A stretch of 60,902 nucleotides of DNA, filler included. It is 3 parts of 3 records of this genome, joined end to end, with 100 filler letters (N's around TTAATTAATTAA, not from the genome) between each part and the next. Parts side by side here need not be neighbours in the genome. Positions count along the whole stretch, not along the records: positions 39,972 to 60,902 come from SRR31156797_3605; 2 more parts are not named here. One strand, given 5' to 3'. The first letter of the stretch is position 1; the number at the start of each line of letters is the position of its first letter. Under the pieces are notes generated by a model. That model searched no databases. It saw nothing but the letters and a program-made list of their open reading frames with translations, and had not been told where the DNA came from. Shown here piece after piece: positions 50,066 through 60,783 of this stretch. Both the position numbers and the translations under genes were made by a program.

Positions 50066-51349
50066 TCATTGCCAGGTCCGCCGGTCATCAATTTTTTTGT
50101 GAAAATCGGGGATGGTTCCCCGGGGCACAATGCGAACACCCCCTCTAACCGTCAAGTTATCTTTGATGTCCCGTTCCATGCGCGCACATATGACCCCGGT
50201 TTCAGCAGTCTCTTCTTTCAACTCCACCACAAAGGTCATGATATCCCTTAAATCTTCCCGCGTAATCACCACCTGATATTTAAACACTTCGGGATACCGC
50301 TTTATGACTTCATCCACCTGCCAGGGATGAATAAAGGTTCCCCTCACCTTGGCGGCCTGATCGGTCCGGCCCATTATTTTCTTCAACATGGGACCGGTTC
50401 TTCCGCAGGGACAATTCTGGCGGATCATCATGGAAAGATCCCCGGTTGCCAGGCGGATCATGGGATAAACCCGGTTGAAGTTCGTGGCGACGATTTCACC
50501 CACAGCCCCTTCTTTAACGCCTTTTCCCGTATGGGGATCCACCACCTCAACCACCATGTTGTCCGGAACATGAAGGCCCGTCATATGAGCGCATTCATAA
50601 CCGATACATCCCGAAAGAACTGTACCATAGGCCTCCCGGATGGTCATTTTTAATTTCCCTTCCAGACGTAACCGCATGGATTCTGGAAGCATTTCAGCCC
50701 CTACAATGGCCTTTTTAAGTGCCATATCCTTACGAAAATCCACCCCCATCCCTTCGGCGCGCTGAATAATGTTCATTAAGAAACCGGGGGTCCCCACATA
50801 TCCATTGACCCTTAATCTCCGCATGATGCGAACCTGCATCATGGTATTTCCCACACCCGTGGGAACAACCGTACCATTGATCATCCTTACCGACTCATCC
50901 ATCATGAATGCAAAAGGCCAGAGATGATAATTAAAGGTATTGATCAAACGGTCCCCGGCGGTAAAGCCTGCTCCACAGAGGGCTTCGGCCCATGAGGTGT
51001 CCTCGAATTGCCTTTCCCCCGGCTGCAGAATAAACCCCGGATTCACATATATCCTTTGAAGGGCTTCGGGATTGACGGTATTGAAACCCCCAAAGGGTGG
51101 ATCTTCCCCTTGACGTTGCACCAGTTCGGCCATCCTCAGAATGGGAACGGTTTTCAGGTCATCCAGGCCCCGAATGTTTGAGACATCCATACCCGCCAAA
51201 TCAAACCGCTCACGGTAGGCCTTCGATTGCCCATGGGCATGGGTAAGGGCCGCTCTAAACCGCCGGTCCAGGTGTTCCCGGCGTTTCTCCCATTGCATTG
51301 TTTCGCGCGCCCTGTTCAAAAAGACATGCGTTGCCTGAAGGTTCTCCAT
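50066..51349 (-). CDS. Phenylacetate-CoA ligase family protein (PaaK-like)
   Basis: VVPTGVGNT, GTPG, GAEML, GYEC, GLHV, IRLATGD, CPCGRT, GRTDQAAKVRG. Confidence 0.88.
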   Translation of the reverse strand: MENLQATHVFLNRARETMQWEKRREHLDRRFRAALTHAHGQSKAYRERFDLAGMDVSNIRGLDDLKTVPILRMAELVQRQGEDPPFGGFNTVNPEALQRIYVNPGFILQPGERQFEDTSWAEALCGAGFTAGDRLINTFNYHLWPFAFMMDESVRMINGTVVPTGVGNTMMQVRIMRRLRVNGYVGTPGFLMNIIQRAEGMGVDFRKDMALKKAIVGAEMLPESMRLRLEGKLKMTIREAYGTVLSGCIGYECAHMTGLHVPDNMVVEVVDPHTGKGVKEGAVGEIVATNFNRVYPMIRLATGDLSMMIRQNCPCGRTGPMLKKIMGRTDQAAKVRGTFIHPWQVDEVIKRYPEVFKYQVVITREDLRDIMTFVVELKEETAETGVICARMERDIKDNLTVRGGVRIVPRGTIPDFHKKIDDRRTWQ

Positions 51350-51392
51350 CTTCAATCTCCCGGAGGTAAGGGCCTCGGCAAAAACAGCTCAA

Positions 51393-51614
51393 TCAGTGTT
51401 GGGACTTTTTCAATACATCCAAGCGTTCTCGGGCTTTACCGGCATATTTGCTATCCGGATATTTTTCCAGGATTTCCTCATACAACTGGGCTGCGTGGGT
51501 ATGGTTTTTCTGCAATTCTTCAAATTCCGCCGTTTCAAAAAGCTCACCCGCATTATTACAACCCGCAACCGCCAATACTACAACCATCATCAAGACCAGA
51601 ATCGTCTGTTTCAT
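51393..51614 (-). CDS. Small TPR-like lipoprotein
   Basis: VAGC lipobox; AAQLYEEILEKYPDSKYAGKARERL. Confidence 0.75.
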   Translation of the reverse strand: MKQTILVLMMVVVLAVAGCNNAGELFETAEFEELQKNHTHAAQLYEEILEKYPDSKYAGKARERLDVLKKSQH

Positions 51615-51634
51615 GAAAACACCTTCCTGTTATT

Positions 51635-54454
51635 TTATTGGCTTTCCAACAAAGTTGAAAAGGCGGCTTTCAGGGACTGGAAATCGATTTCCGCCGCGGG
51701 CAGATCCTTTTCCCGGGCCGCCAGTTCCATGTTCGAAGCCGAAACCGCAATGTCTTCAAGCACTAGCATCTTGGCACCCCCTTTGATCCTGTGGGCCAAC
51801 CGATACACTGAATCCAGATCCCCCCCCTCAAAAGCATCCTCCAAATCCTTAATATCCGATTTCCTGAGAACAATGAATTGGGCCAGAATTTCCTCGTAAT
51901 CACTGAGGGACAGGTCCGCTTTTTCAGCCCGTTGTTCATTTGTCCCGCAATCGCCTGTTTCGGGTTTTGCCTGAATTTCCTTAGAACACGTTCTGGCGCC
52001 ACCAGGTAATTCCACCATCCTGCCCTGACAGTAGCCCAGGAAAACATCCTCCAACACCTTCACATTGATCGGTTTTGAAAGATATCCATCCATCCCGGCC
52101 CCAAGAAATCTTTCCCGGTCCCCCTTCATGGCACTGGCCGTCAGGGCCAGAACAGGTACTTTGCATCCGGACCGCCTTATTTTCCGGGTCGCTTTCAACC
52201 CATCCATAACGGGCATATTCACGTCCATAAGGATGATATCGTAAGGGTTGGCCCGAACCATTTCGACCGCTTCGGCACCATTATGGGCAATATCCACCCG
52301 ATGCCCCATCCGCTTTTCCAACAATAGGGATGTCATCCTCCGGCTGGCCACATCATCTTCCGCCAACAGAATGCGGAGCCCCCCGCACACCCGATCAGGC
52401 GTTTCTTCATGTAATCCCGGTTCCACTTTTTTCACTTCGTGGATCTGTTTCCCCTCGGTGGGCCGTATCGCTTTTTTTAACCGAATCTGAAAATAAAATG
52501 TCGTACCTTTGCCCGGAATACTCTGAACACAAATTTCACCGTCCATCAAATGAATGAGGCGGCGACATATGGCGAGACCCAGGCCCGTGCCACCGAAACG
52601 TTTGGAAATGGTCTGATCCGCCTGACTGAACACTTCAAAAATGTTATCAAACTTTTCTTCCGGAATACCGATGCCGCTATCGGCCACGGTAAATTCCAAC
52701 CGAAGAAAATTGATTTCACTTTCCGGAAGGACGCGAACCGTGGTGACAATTTCCCCCTTATCCGTAAACTTGAGTGCATTGCCGAGAAGGTTTAATAATA
52801 CCTGTCGTAACCGTAGGGGATCTCCCATGACCCTGGGGACTGCAGCCGGGAGATGGCACGAGGATTTTATCCCTTTACGGCCTGCCTGTCCCCGCACCAA
52901 TTCCACAACCTCAAGAACCAGTTTTTTCAAATCAAAAATCATTTCATCCAACTGGATGGTATCGGACTCGATCTTGGAAAGATCCAGTATCTCATCGATC
53001 AAACTCAATAAGGTTTCTGCGCTCAACTTCAATATTTCCACGGACTCTCGCTGCCCCTTTGTCAGGGGCTCATCCAGAAGAATTTCCGTGAACCCGATGA
53101 TACTGTTCATGGGTGTCCGGATTTCGTGACTCATACTTGCCAGAAAGAGGCTCTTGGCCGCATTTGCAGCCTCTGCCGCTTCCTTTGCTTTTAAAAGCTC
53201 CACCTCAGCCCGGCGGAATTCCACCACCTTTCCCAGACGTTCAGCGATGGCATTAATCAGAAACTGCTCCTCTTTCGCAAAGGGGCATTCTTTTTTCGAG
53301 GGCGTTTCTTTCAAGCAACACACTTCCAGGGAACCCATCTCTTCGCCGCCAACCATGATGGCACTGATCTGACGTCTGTCAGATTTTTGGAAATTAGCCG
53401 TTTTGAATTCCCGATCCTCCAAAACCACACGTGCGCATGACAACTCCGGATACTGCATTGATGCAGGGATCAAATCCGCGGTTCCCTGAAGAATTTCCGA
53501 CAGGGAAATGCCCGGCTTTTCCACAAGATGACTGACCCCATATAGGCAGACAAGTTGTTTTTCCCGCTCTCCAAGATCATGGGTTCTCTCGTTGAGGAGT
53601 GCCTCCATACGTTTTTTGTCATCCACTTCTCCTTTTGATTTTCCCATCTCAAAAAAGGGCTGTGAGGCAGCAGCGATTAAAGGCATACAATAGCCGAAAA
53701 ATTTAGACCACCCTGCCGTTAAAAAAAGAGCGTCAAAATGGTTTCCCGATAATAACATGTAAAGATGAGCCCACATATTGAATAGGACACTTAAGAGAAG
53801 CAAACCTGAAAAATTATCCCGATGTCCAATGAAACGGCTCAGGACCAGCAGAAAGGCCATGAAAAAAATGAGGGCTGATAAAAAATCCGCCGGTTTGGAG
53901 ATGCTCTTTCCATACCCGGAACCACCCTGGATAAAAAAAAGAGCGCCCAGCAGGGTTCCACCCACGATTATAGCCGTTAGAAAAAATATAAAATTCTCCT
54001 TTTGGGTTTTATGAACCTTACCTGGACCGCCTTCAAACAGAACAGCGGCGCACATCATAACCCCCGGGATAAATCCGCCAAACCGGTCCAAAACCGGAAA
54101 AAGTGACGCAAAATGGACGTCCAGCCCCCCTGAAAGAGGCCTGAACCCAGAAAAACCATGTGACAGGTCCATGATCCCGGACATGAAAAATGCGAGGCCA
54201 ATGAAGAGAAAATATCGGCTTTTCATTATGAAATAGTAACTCAAACAGGCAAAAACGGCCATTAACGCAATGAAGAAGCTGCAGAGTTCAAGACCGGTCC
54301 CCATATGAGGGGAAGAGCGAAATGAAGAAGCGCATATGATGGGGGCCATGAACAGAAAAGAGGTTGAGAGCCCAAGGCATAAAAATATAAAACCGAGTCG
54401 TCTAACCCTATGGATTTTCTCCGACAATAAAAACGCAGTTGTCGAATCCGTCAT
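51635..54454 (-). CDS. Hybrid sensor kinase (MASE3-like TM sensor, HisKA, HATPase, REC, Hpt)
   Basis: About 7 TMs; [45 protein letters not shown]. Confidence 0.92.
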   Translation of the reverse strand: MTDSTTAFLLSEKIHRVRRLGFIFLCLGLSTSFLFMAPIICASSFRSSPHMGTGLELCSFFIALMAVFACLSYYFIMKSRYFLFIGLAFFMSGIMDLSHGFSGFRPLSGGLDVHFASLFPVLDRFGGFIPGVMMCAAVLFEGGPGKVHKTQKENFIFFLTAIIVGGTLLGALFFIQGGSGYGKSISKPADFLSALIFFMAFLLVLSRFIGHRDNFSGLLLLSVLFNMWAHLYMLLSGNHFDALFLTAGWSKFFGYCMPLIAAASQPFFEMGKSKGEVDDKKRMEALLNERTHDLGEREKQLVCLYGVSHLVEKPGISLSEILQGTADLIPASMQYPELSCARVVLEDREFKTANFQKSDRRQISAIMVGGEEMGSLEVCCLKETPSKKECPFAKEEQFLINAIAERLGKVVEFRRAEVELLKAKEAAEAANAAKSLFLASMSHEIRTPMNSIIGFTEILLDEPLTKGQRESVEILKLSAETLLSLIDEILDLSKIESDTIQLDEMIFDLKKLVLEVVELVRGQAGRKGIKSSCHLPAAVPRVMGDPLRLRQVLLNLLGNALKFTDKGEIVTTVRVLPESEINFLRLEFTVADSGIGIPEEKFDNIFEVFSQADQTISKRFGGTGLGLAICRRLIHLMDGEICVQSIPGKGTTFYFQIRLKKAIRPTEGKQIHEVKKVEPGLHEETPDRVCGGLRILLAEDDVASRRMTSLLLEKRMGHRVDIAHNGAEAVEMVRANPYDIILMDVNMPVMDGLKATRKIRRSGCKVPVLALTASAMKGDRERFLGAGMDGYLSKPINVKVLEDVFLGYCQGRMVELPGGARTCSKEIQAKPETGDCGTNEQRAEKADLSLSDYEEILAQFIVLRKSDIKDLEDAFEGGDLDSVYRLAHRIKGGAKMLVLEDIAVSASNMELAAREKDLPAAEIDFQSLKAAFSTLLESQ

Positions 54455-54729
54455 AATAGTGACCTAAAATGCCATGGGATGATCAAAAAACGCAATCAGC
54501 GATTGGCCGTTGGCTATCCGCTTCATAAAATCAAAAGGTTGCCGGACAACACCGTCCCATAAAAAAATCAGGGCCCCGTACTGGTTCGGTTTTCAGTTTC
54601 ATACAATCGATCAAGAATGTCAAACCAAAGTCGCCCATGGCGCCAATCTTCACTGGTCAAACTAAAAAATCAAAAGATTCGACAGACCTTTAGCAATACA
54701 AAGGGCTCAAACGGCCCGCATATCCACTC

Positions 54730-54759
54730 TTGACATTATCGATTGAACTGGAGTAGCAT
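54730..54759 (+). promoter_or_regulatory. Candidate sigma70 promoter of the DUF2760-Hsp70 operon
   Basis: TTGACA-18 nt-TAGCAT. Confidence 0.4.
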
Positions 54760-54871
54760 CGGCCCCGTTCCCCGGATCTGTCTGAAGGCTCACTTAACAT
54801 GCTATTCCAGCATGTTATGACCCTTCGCAACGATGAAGGGATAATACCGAAAAGAAAGGATACAAACAGAT

Positions 54872-55621
54872 ATGGAAACAGCAAGAAAAATTTCAAGCCA
54901 ACTATCCCTCTGGATATTCATCTGGTTTCTATTATTGGGGCTGGTTTTGGCCGGTTTCGGATACTGGCAGATGGGGATTTTAAATGTGAGCCTGCAGGGA
55001 GAGGCAAACCTGGAAGGGCTGGCACCCATGTTGCAAAACGCCGGCATTCTATGGCTCCAGGTGCTCGGGGGGAGCCTGGTGCTTTTCGGTATCCTTCTTT
55101 GGGTGACGCTCCGGGCATCCGCCCGTCGGACCGTGGCAAAAATGGCCGTTCCCAAACCCGTTGAATCCGCCTCGAAAAAGAAGAAGAAAAACCTTCCCCC
55201 CCGACCCACACCGGAGGAAAAGGAAGCACTGGCTCGGGAAAACCAGCGAAGAACCCTCCATTTACTGAGTCTACTTCAGAGAGAAGGTCGCCTGGTGGAC
55301 TTTCTAGAGGAAAACCTCAAAGATTATGATGATGCTCAAATCGGGGCCGCAGTTCGAAACATTCAGGAAAACTGCCAGAAGGCGTTGAAAAAATACCTGA
55401 AAATCGAAGCGGTCATGGACAGGGAGGAAGGCGAAGAGATTTCACTGGAAAAGGGATTTGACGCCTCCACCATCAAGCTGACGGGCAATGTAACGGGAGA
55501 ACCGCCCTTTAAGGGCGCCTTGCAACACCGCGGGTGGCGGGTGGGACGGTTTGATCTGCCGACCCTTTCCGGCTCCCCGGACCCGACCATTATTGCTCCC
55601 GCGGAAGTGGAGGTCCCTTGA
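54872..55621 (+). CDS. DUF2760 protein with two N-terminal TMs (GrpE-like C-terminus)
   Basis: LLSLLQREGRLVDFLEE, YDDAQIGAAVR, LTGNVTGEPPFKG.L.HRGW, IAPAEVE. Confidence 0.85.
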   Translation: METARKISSQLSLWIFIWFLLLGLVLAGFGYWQMGILNVSLQGEANLEGLAPMLQNAGILWLQVLGGSLVLFGILLWVTLRASARRTVAKMAVPKPVESASKKKKKNLPPRPTPEEKEALARENQRRTLHLLSLLQREGRLVDFLEENLKDYDDAQIGAAVRNIQENCQKALKKYLKIEAVMDREEGEEISLEKGFDASTIKLTGNVTGEPPFKGALQHRGWRVGRFDLPTLSGSPDPTIIAPAEVEVP

Positions 55622-55684
55622 CAACGGTGATTTCCATACCCAACATCATGTAACAAATGACCCATAACGGATGAAGAGTAAAAA

Positions 55685-57517
55685 ATGATCGACGAAACCA
55701 AACCCGACCCCACTTTTGTGGTGGGCATTGACCTGGGCACCACCAACAGTGTTGTGGCTTATACGGAAGCCCTGGTGACGGATGAAACGGAACCCCATAT
55801 TCGAATTTTCAAAATCCCGCAACTGGTGGCTGCAGGCGCCCTGGGTGAGAGTAGTGCACTCCCTTCTTTCCTGCTGCTGCCGGGGCCGCATGATGTTCCT
55901 GAAGGCGGCCTGGCCCTGCCATGGGACCCGCAAAGCCGTATGGCGGTGGGGACCTTTGCCCGCGACCGGGGCGCTGAAATTCCCGTGCGCATGATCTCCT
56001 CGGCCAAATCATGGCTTTGTCACACCGGCGTGGACCGCAATAAACCGATCCTTCCATGGGAAGGCCCTGATGACCGGGAAAAGCTCTCCCCGGTAGAAGC
56101 GTCCGCGGCGATCCTCGCGCATATCCGAAAAAGCTGGAATCATGCCTTTGCCCAAAATGACAGCCGTTTGTGCCTGGAACATCAGGAGATTTTCCTGACG
56201 GTACCCGCTTCATTCGATGCGGTGGCCAGAAATCTCACCGTGAAAGCGGCCGAAGCGGCAGGTCTCGCCAAAACCACTCTGCTGGAGGAACCACAGGCCG
56301 CCTTTTATGCCTGGATCGACAGAACCCGCGGCGAATGGCGGAACATGGTCAAGGTCGATGATCTGATCATGGTGACGGACGTGGGGGGCGGCACCACGGA
56401 TCTGAGTCTCATCAAAGTTACGGAAACAAACGGAGAATTGAGTCTGGAGCGGGTTTCCGTGGGAAAACACCTCCTGGTGGGCGGGGACAATATGGACCTG
56501 ACCCTGGCCTATTCCATCGCCGGTAACATGGCCGCGGAAGGCCGGAAACTGGATGCCCACCAGATGCGGGGCCTGTGCCACGGCTGCAGATCCGCCAAAG
56601 AACACCTTTTCACAAATGAGGATGCGGATTCCTATCCCATCACCATCCTGGGGAGGGGAAGCCGTCTCATCGGCGGCGCCATTAAAACCGAATTGACCCG
56701 GGGTCAAGTCGAATCGGTCCTGAAAACGGGTTTTTTCCCCGCTTGCGACCGAAATGCCAGGCCCCTAGCGGAACGCCGTTCCGGCATGCGGGAGATGGGG
56801 CTTTCCTATGCATCGGATCCGGCCATTACCCACCACCTGGCCCAGTTTCTGAACCAGCAGGATTCGCCGTCATCAGCCCTTGACACCTTTGTGAGCCCCT
56901 CCGCCATTTTGTTTAACGGCGGCGTCATGAAAGCCAAAGGCTTGAGAAAAAAGGTGTTGGAAATTCTCTCTTCCTGGACCGCTGAGGCAGGCGGCCCTTC
57001 ACCCAGGGAGATTGAAAGCAATGATTTCGATCTGGCCGTGGCCCGGGGCGCGGCCTACTATGGACTGGCCAGAAGAGGCCGAGGGATCCGCATTCGCAGC
57101 GGGCTCGCCAAAACCTACTATATCGGTGTGGAAGCGTCCATGCCGGCGGTACCGGGGGTCCCCACCCCCGTCAAGGCGTTGTGTGTGGCACCATTCGGCA
57201 TGGAGGAAGGCTCGGAAGCGACCCTGCCGGACAAAGAGTTCGGACTGGTGGTGGGAGAACCGGTCAAATTTGATTTTCTGGGATCCAACACCCGGCGTCA
57301 TGATGCCATGGGCACGGTGGCGGAGGACTGGGAGGGGGAAATAGAGACCATCACCACGCTGGAAACCCATCTGGAAGGGGAAACCGGCACCATTGTTCCG
57401 GTAACCCTTGAAACCCGTGTCACGGAGGTGGGTACCCTTGATCTGTGGTGTGTATCGAGGGAAGACCGGAAAAAATTCAAACTGGAATTCAATGTCAGAG
57501 AAAAAGAGACTGAATAA
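55685..57517 (+). CDS. Atypical Hsp70-family protein
   Basis: GIDLGTTNS, TVPASF, EEPQAA, DVGGGTTD, GGDNMD, FNGG. No canonical DnaK linker or lid. Confidence 0.9.
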   Translation: MIDETKPDPTFVVGIDLGTTNSVVAYTEALVTDETEPHIRIFKIPQLVAAGALGESSALPSFLLLPGPHDVPEGGLALPWDPQSRMAVGTFARDRGAEIPVRMISSAKSWLCHTGVDRNKPILPWEGPDDREKLSPVEASAAILAHIRKSWNHAFAQNDSRLCLEHQEIFLTVPASFDAVARNLTVKAAEAAGLAKTTLLEEPQAAFYAWIDRTRGEWRNMVKVDDLIMVTDVGGGTTDLSLIKVTETNGELSLERVSVGKHLLVGGDNMDLTLAYSIAGNMAAEGRKLDAHQMRGLCHGCRSAKEHLFTNEDADSYPITILGRGSRLIGGAIKTELTRGQVESVLKTGFFPACDRNARPLAERRSGMREMGLSYASDPAITHHLAQFLNQQDSPSSALDTFVSPSAILFNGGVMKAKGLRKKVLEILSSWTAEAGGPSPREIESNDFDLAVARGAAYYGLARRGRGIRIRSGLAKTYYIGVEASMPAVPGVPTPVKALCVAPFGMEEGSEATLPDKEFGLVVGEPVKFDFLGSNTRRHDAMGTVAEDWEGEIETITTLETHLEGETGTIVPVTLETRVTEVGTLDLWCVSREDRKKFKLEFNVREKETE

Positions 57518-57520
57518 TTT

Positions 57521-60322
57521 ATGAAATATATCATCGGAATAGATCTGGGCACCACCAATTCCGCCGTCACCTATATCGATCTCGATGCAAATAAGGAGAG
57601 ATCAAGGCCGGTCATCCGGCATTTTGAAATCCCGCAGCTCACGGGACCGGGTGAAATATTAAACGCCAAAGTATTACCTTCTTTTCTTTACCTGCCCGGG
57701 GCACACGAATTTCCGGTTGATGCCCTGGCACTCCCCTGGAATGAAGCAAATAATGAAGGCTTTGCCGGGATACTGGCACGGGAGATGGGAGCAAAATCCC
57801 CCAAACGGATGATCTCATCGGCCAAATCATGGCTTTGCCACGAAAAAGTAGATCGACATGCCCCCATCCTGCCATGGGGGGAGGATAACCCGGATGAAAA
57901 GCGCTCCCCCATCGTCGTTACTTCCGCCTATCTGAAACACATCAAAGACGCTTGGAACCATCATCACGGTGAAGACGAAAACGACCACCTCGAAAACCAG
58001 AGTGTGGTCATTACCGTCCCCGCTTCCTTTGATGAAGTGGCCCGGGACCTGACCGTTGAAGCGGCGACGGACGCCGGCATCCCCAATATCACCCTTCTGG
58101 AAGAGCCGTTGGCGGCCTTCTACAGCTGGCTGAATGTTCACGAACAGAAATGGGATCAGCAGGTTACCCCCGGGGAATTGATCCTGATCTGCGATGTGGG
58201 GGGCGGTACCACCGACTTCACCCTCATCACACTACGGGAAAAAGACGGGAATCCCGTATTTGAAAGGATTGCCGTGGGGGATCACCTGATTCTCGGCGGA
58301 GACAACATGGACCTGGCCCTGGCCCATCTTTCGGAGGGCCGACTTCAGGGCGGGAAAAATAAGAAATTGAGCATGGGTCGCTGGCAATCCCTGTGCAACC
58401 AGTGCCGCCAGGCCAAGGAAGAGATCCTGGGAGAGGTTGAAGAGGAGAAAACCATCACCCTCATCGGTGAAGGCCGAAAACTCATTGCCGACACCAAAAC
58501 CACCAAGCTCACCGGTACGGACGTGGAAACGGTCATCCTGGACGGGTTCTTTCCCCTGGTCTCCCCTGAAGAATCGCTCAACCTTAAACCGCGACAAGGC
58601 ATAACCGAGTTCGGTCTCCCCTATGCACAGGATCCCGCCATCACACGGCATTTGATCCGTTTCCTGGAACAACATCGGGAAGACTTAAAAGAAACCCTGA
58701 ATCGAGATTCCATTGAACCGGACCTGATCATGTTTAACGGCGCAGCCCTCAAACCGGCCATCCTTCAGGAACGGATCCGGGCCGCCGTCTCCACGCGATT
58801 TCATAATACCGAAAATTCCCCGCCAAGGGTGTTGCAAAACCCGGATCTGGATATCGCCGTGGCCCTGGGCGCATCCTATTACGGGCGGGTTCGAAAGGGG
58901 TTCGGCGTTCAGGTGGACAGCGGGAGCGCCAGAGGATATTATCTGGGTGTTCACCTGTCCGAACAAGCAGCCGCAAATGAAAAAACCGACCATCATGACC
59001 CTGACATGGCCGTCTGTCTGGTGGAACGGGGCATGCTGGAAGGGACCCAAAACGAACTCCACGACAAACAGTTTTCCGTCCTGGCCAACCAACCGGTACG
59101 GTTTCACCTGTACAGTTCCAGTTATCGCTCGGGGGATGCGGTGGGAGATGTCATCCCCGTGGATGAAACATTGACAACCCTTCCACCCCTTCACACGGTG
59201 ATCAAATTCGGCAAAAAATCGAAAGAAGGCGTCTCCATCCCGGTAAAAGTGGAAGCCCATTATACGGAAATGGGTACCCTGGCCCTGTGGTGCCGATCTC
59301 TCAAAAGCCCTCACCGTTGGCGTTTCCAGTTTCAACTGCGCACCACGGATCAACCGGTTGACGTATCGGACAGGGAGGTATTTGAAGAATCCCTCGTTAA
59401 TGAAGGTATTTTAAGGATCAGAGAAACCTTCTCCGGCAAAACAGCCAAAAACCGGCCCGCAAGCCTGATTAAGGACATTACGAAAGCGGTCAATGCTCCC
59501 AAGGAAAAATGGCCCCTGGAATTTATTCGCCGTATGGCCGATGAACTCTTGGGTCTGGCCCCATCCCGCAAACGGAGCATTGAACACGAAAGCCGCTGGC
59601 TCAACCTTATCGGATTCTGCCTGAGACCCGGATTCGGGGATGCCCTGGATGAACACCGCATTGAAAGATTATGGAAATCTTTCCATGACGGCCCGTTTCA
59701 TACCAAGAACGTTCAAGCACGATCGGAATGGTGGGTATTGTGGCGCCGGATTTCCGGAGGCCTTTCCGCCAGCCAGCAACGTCAGATATTCCTCAAAGTT
59801 TCCGCTCTGGTAAAACCGGGGAAAGGCGGCAAGAAACCGAATCTCGCGCCCCAGGAGGAAATGGAATTATGGATGACCCTTGCCAACCTTGAACGGCTTT
59901 CAATAGAGGACAAGGCCGCCAGGGGAAAACAGCTGCTCAAAAACCTTCACCCCAAAAAATCCCGGCCCCAGCATTGGTGGTCCCTGTCCAGGATCGGTGC
60001 ACGGGAACCCCTTTACGGCCCCATCGACCGGGTCCTTTCTCCCGGACTGGTGACCCCCTGGATCAAAACCATCCTGAGTCAAAACTGGAAGAACCCCAAG
60101 CCCGTGGGAATGGCCCTGACCCAAATGGCGCGGCTCACCGGAGACCGAAAACGGGACCTGGACCCCGAAGTCATTAAAGATATTATTAACTGGCTAAGTC
60201 CCCACGAATGGGCTGACGCCCACATCCGTGTTCTCAAGGAAGTGATTCCACTGGCCCGCGGGGAGGAAACCCAGATGTTCGGGGAATCCCTCCCCTCGGG
60301 GATTCATTTGCGGGTGGAATAG
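57521..60322 (+). CDS. Atypical Hsp70-family protein with C-terminal DUF3731-like helical domain
   Basis: Same ATPase motifs; about 300-aa extension with HESRWLNLIGFCLRPGFG, WWVLWRRISGGL, RIGAREPLYG, FGESLPSG. Confidence 0.9.
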   Translation: MKYIIGIDLGTTNSAVTYIDLDANKERSRPVIRHFEIPQLTGPGEILNAKVLPSFLYLPGAHEFPVDALALPWNEANNEGFAGILAREMGAKSPKRMISSAKSWLCHEKVDRHAPILPWGEDNPDEKRSPIVVTSAYLKHIKDAWNHHHGEDENDHLENQSVVITVPASFDEVARDLTVEAATDAGIPNITLLEEPLAAFYSWLNVHEQKWDQQVTPGELILICDVGGGTTDFTLITLREKDGNPVFERIAVGDHLILGGDNMDLALAHLSEGRLQGGKNKKLSMGRWQSLCNQCRQAKEEILGEVEEEKTITLIGEGRKLIADTKTTKLTGTDVETVILDGFFPLVSPEESLNLKPRQGITEFGLPYAQDPAITRHLIRFLEQHREDLKETLNRDSIEPDLIMFNGAALKPAILQERIRAAVSTRFHNTENSPPRVLQNPDLDIAVALGASYYGRVRKGFGVQVDSGSARGYYLGVHLSEQAAANEKTDHHDPDMAVCLVERGMLEGTQNELHDKQFSVLANQPVRFHLYSSSYRSGDAVGDVIPVDETLTTLPPLHTVIKFGKKSKEGVSIPVKVEAHYTEMGTLALWCRSLKSPHRWRFQFQLRTTDQPVDVSDREVFEESLVNEGILRIRETFSGKTAKNRPASLIKDITKAVNAPKEKWPLEFIRRMADELLGLAPSRKRSIEHESRWLNLIGFCLRPGFGDALDEHRIERLWKSFHDGPFHTKNVQARSEWWVLWRRISGGLSASQQRQIFLKVSALVKPGKGGKKPNLAPQEEMELWMTLANLERLSIEDKAARGKQLLKNLHPKKSRPQHWWSLSRIGAREPLYGPIDRVLSPGLVTPWIKTILSQNWKNPKPVGMALTQMARLTGDRKRDLDPEVIKDIINWLSPHEWADAHIRVLKEVIPLARGEETQMFGESLPSGIHLRVE

Positions 60323-60442
60323 ACCATTTAAAAAATATACTACAGCCTCAGCATACAGTCGGCTTCTATAAATAACTGAATTTAATGTTGTTTATATTAA
60401 ACATTTTTCATAATTGTATCACACGGGTGTTGAAAAGGAACG

Positions 60443-60652
60443 CTATGGCATCACCGGAACCAAATATCGGTTCCATGTCCTCCTCAGCTCACACATCATA
60501 AACTTGCTATAATTCCTTCGTTCTCTATGGGCCAGGCCGTAATAGGAATCGCACCCCGAATAGGCCCTTGCTGATTCAAAATACCCTATCCCAAGGTCGA
60601 TGTCCCGGTTGATTAGGTCATAGCCTTTACTGAGTTTATACCCAACCACCAT
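60443..60652 (-). pseudogene. Aldo/keto reductase gene fragment
   Basis: LINRDIDLGIGYFESARAYSGCDSYYGLA resembles the AKR motif (LI..A.DLGINYF.TA..Y..SE...G.A). The rest of the gene is absent. Confidence 0.55.
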
Positions 60653-60783
60653 ATATTGTGGCTGCTTATTTATCGATTTTATTGCAGATTAGCAGTTACA
60701 ACAGGTTTAGCAGAAGCGATGAGAAAGAAATCACAGGGCTGATGTCATCCAAAAAACGGCCAGTTTCATGCAGCTCCCAACCC

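Noticed and set aside
54637-54700. Sigma54 (TGGCGC...TTCA) or CIRCE (TTAGCA...) site before the Hsp70 operon
   Set aside because: The -12 GC is missing and there is no second CIRCE arm.
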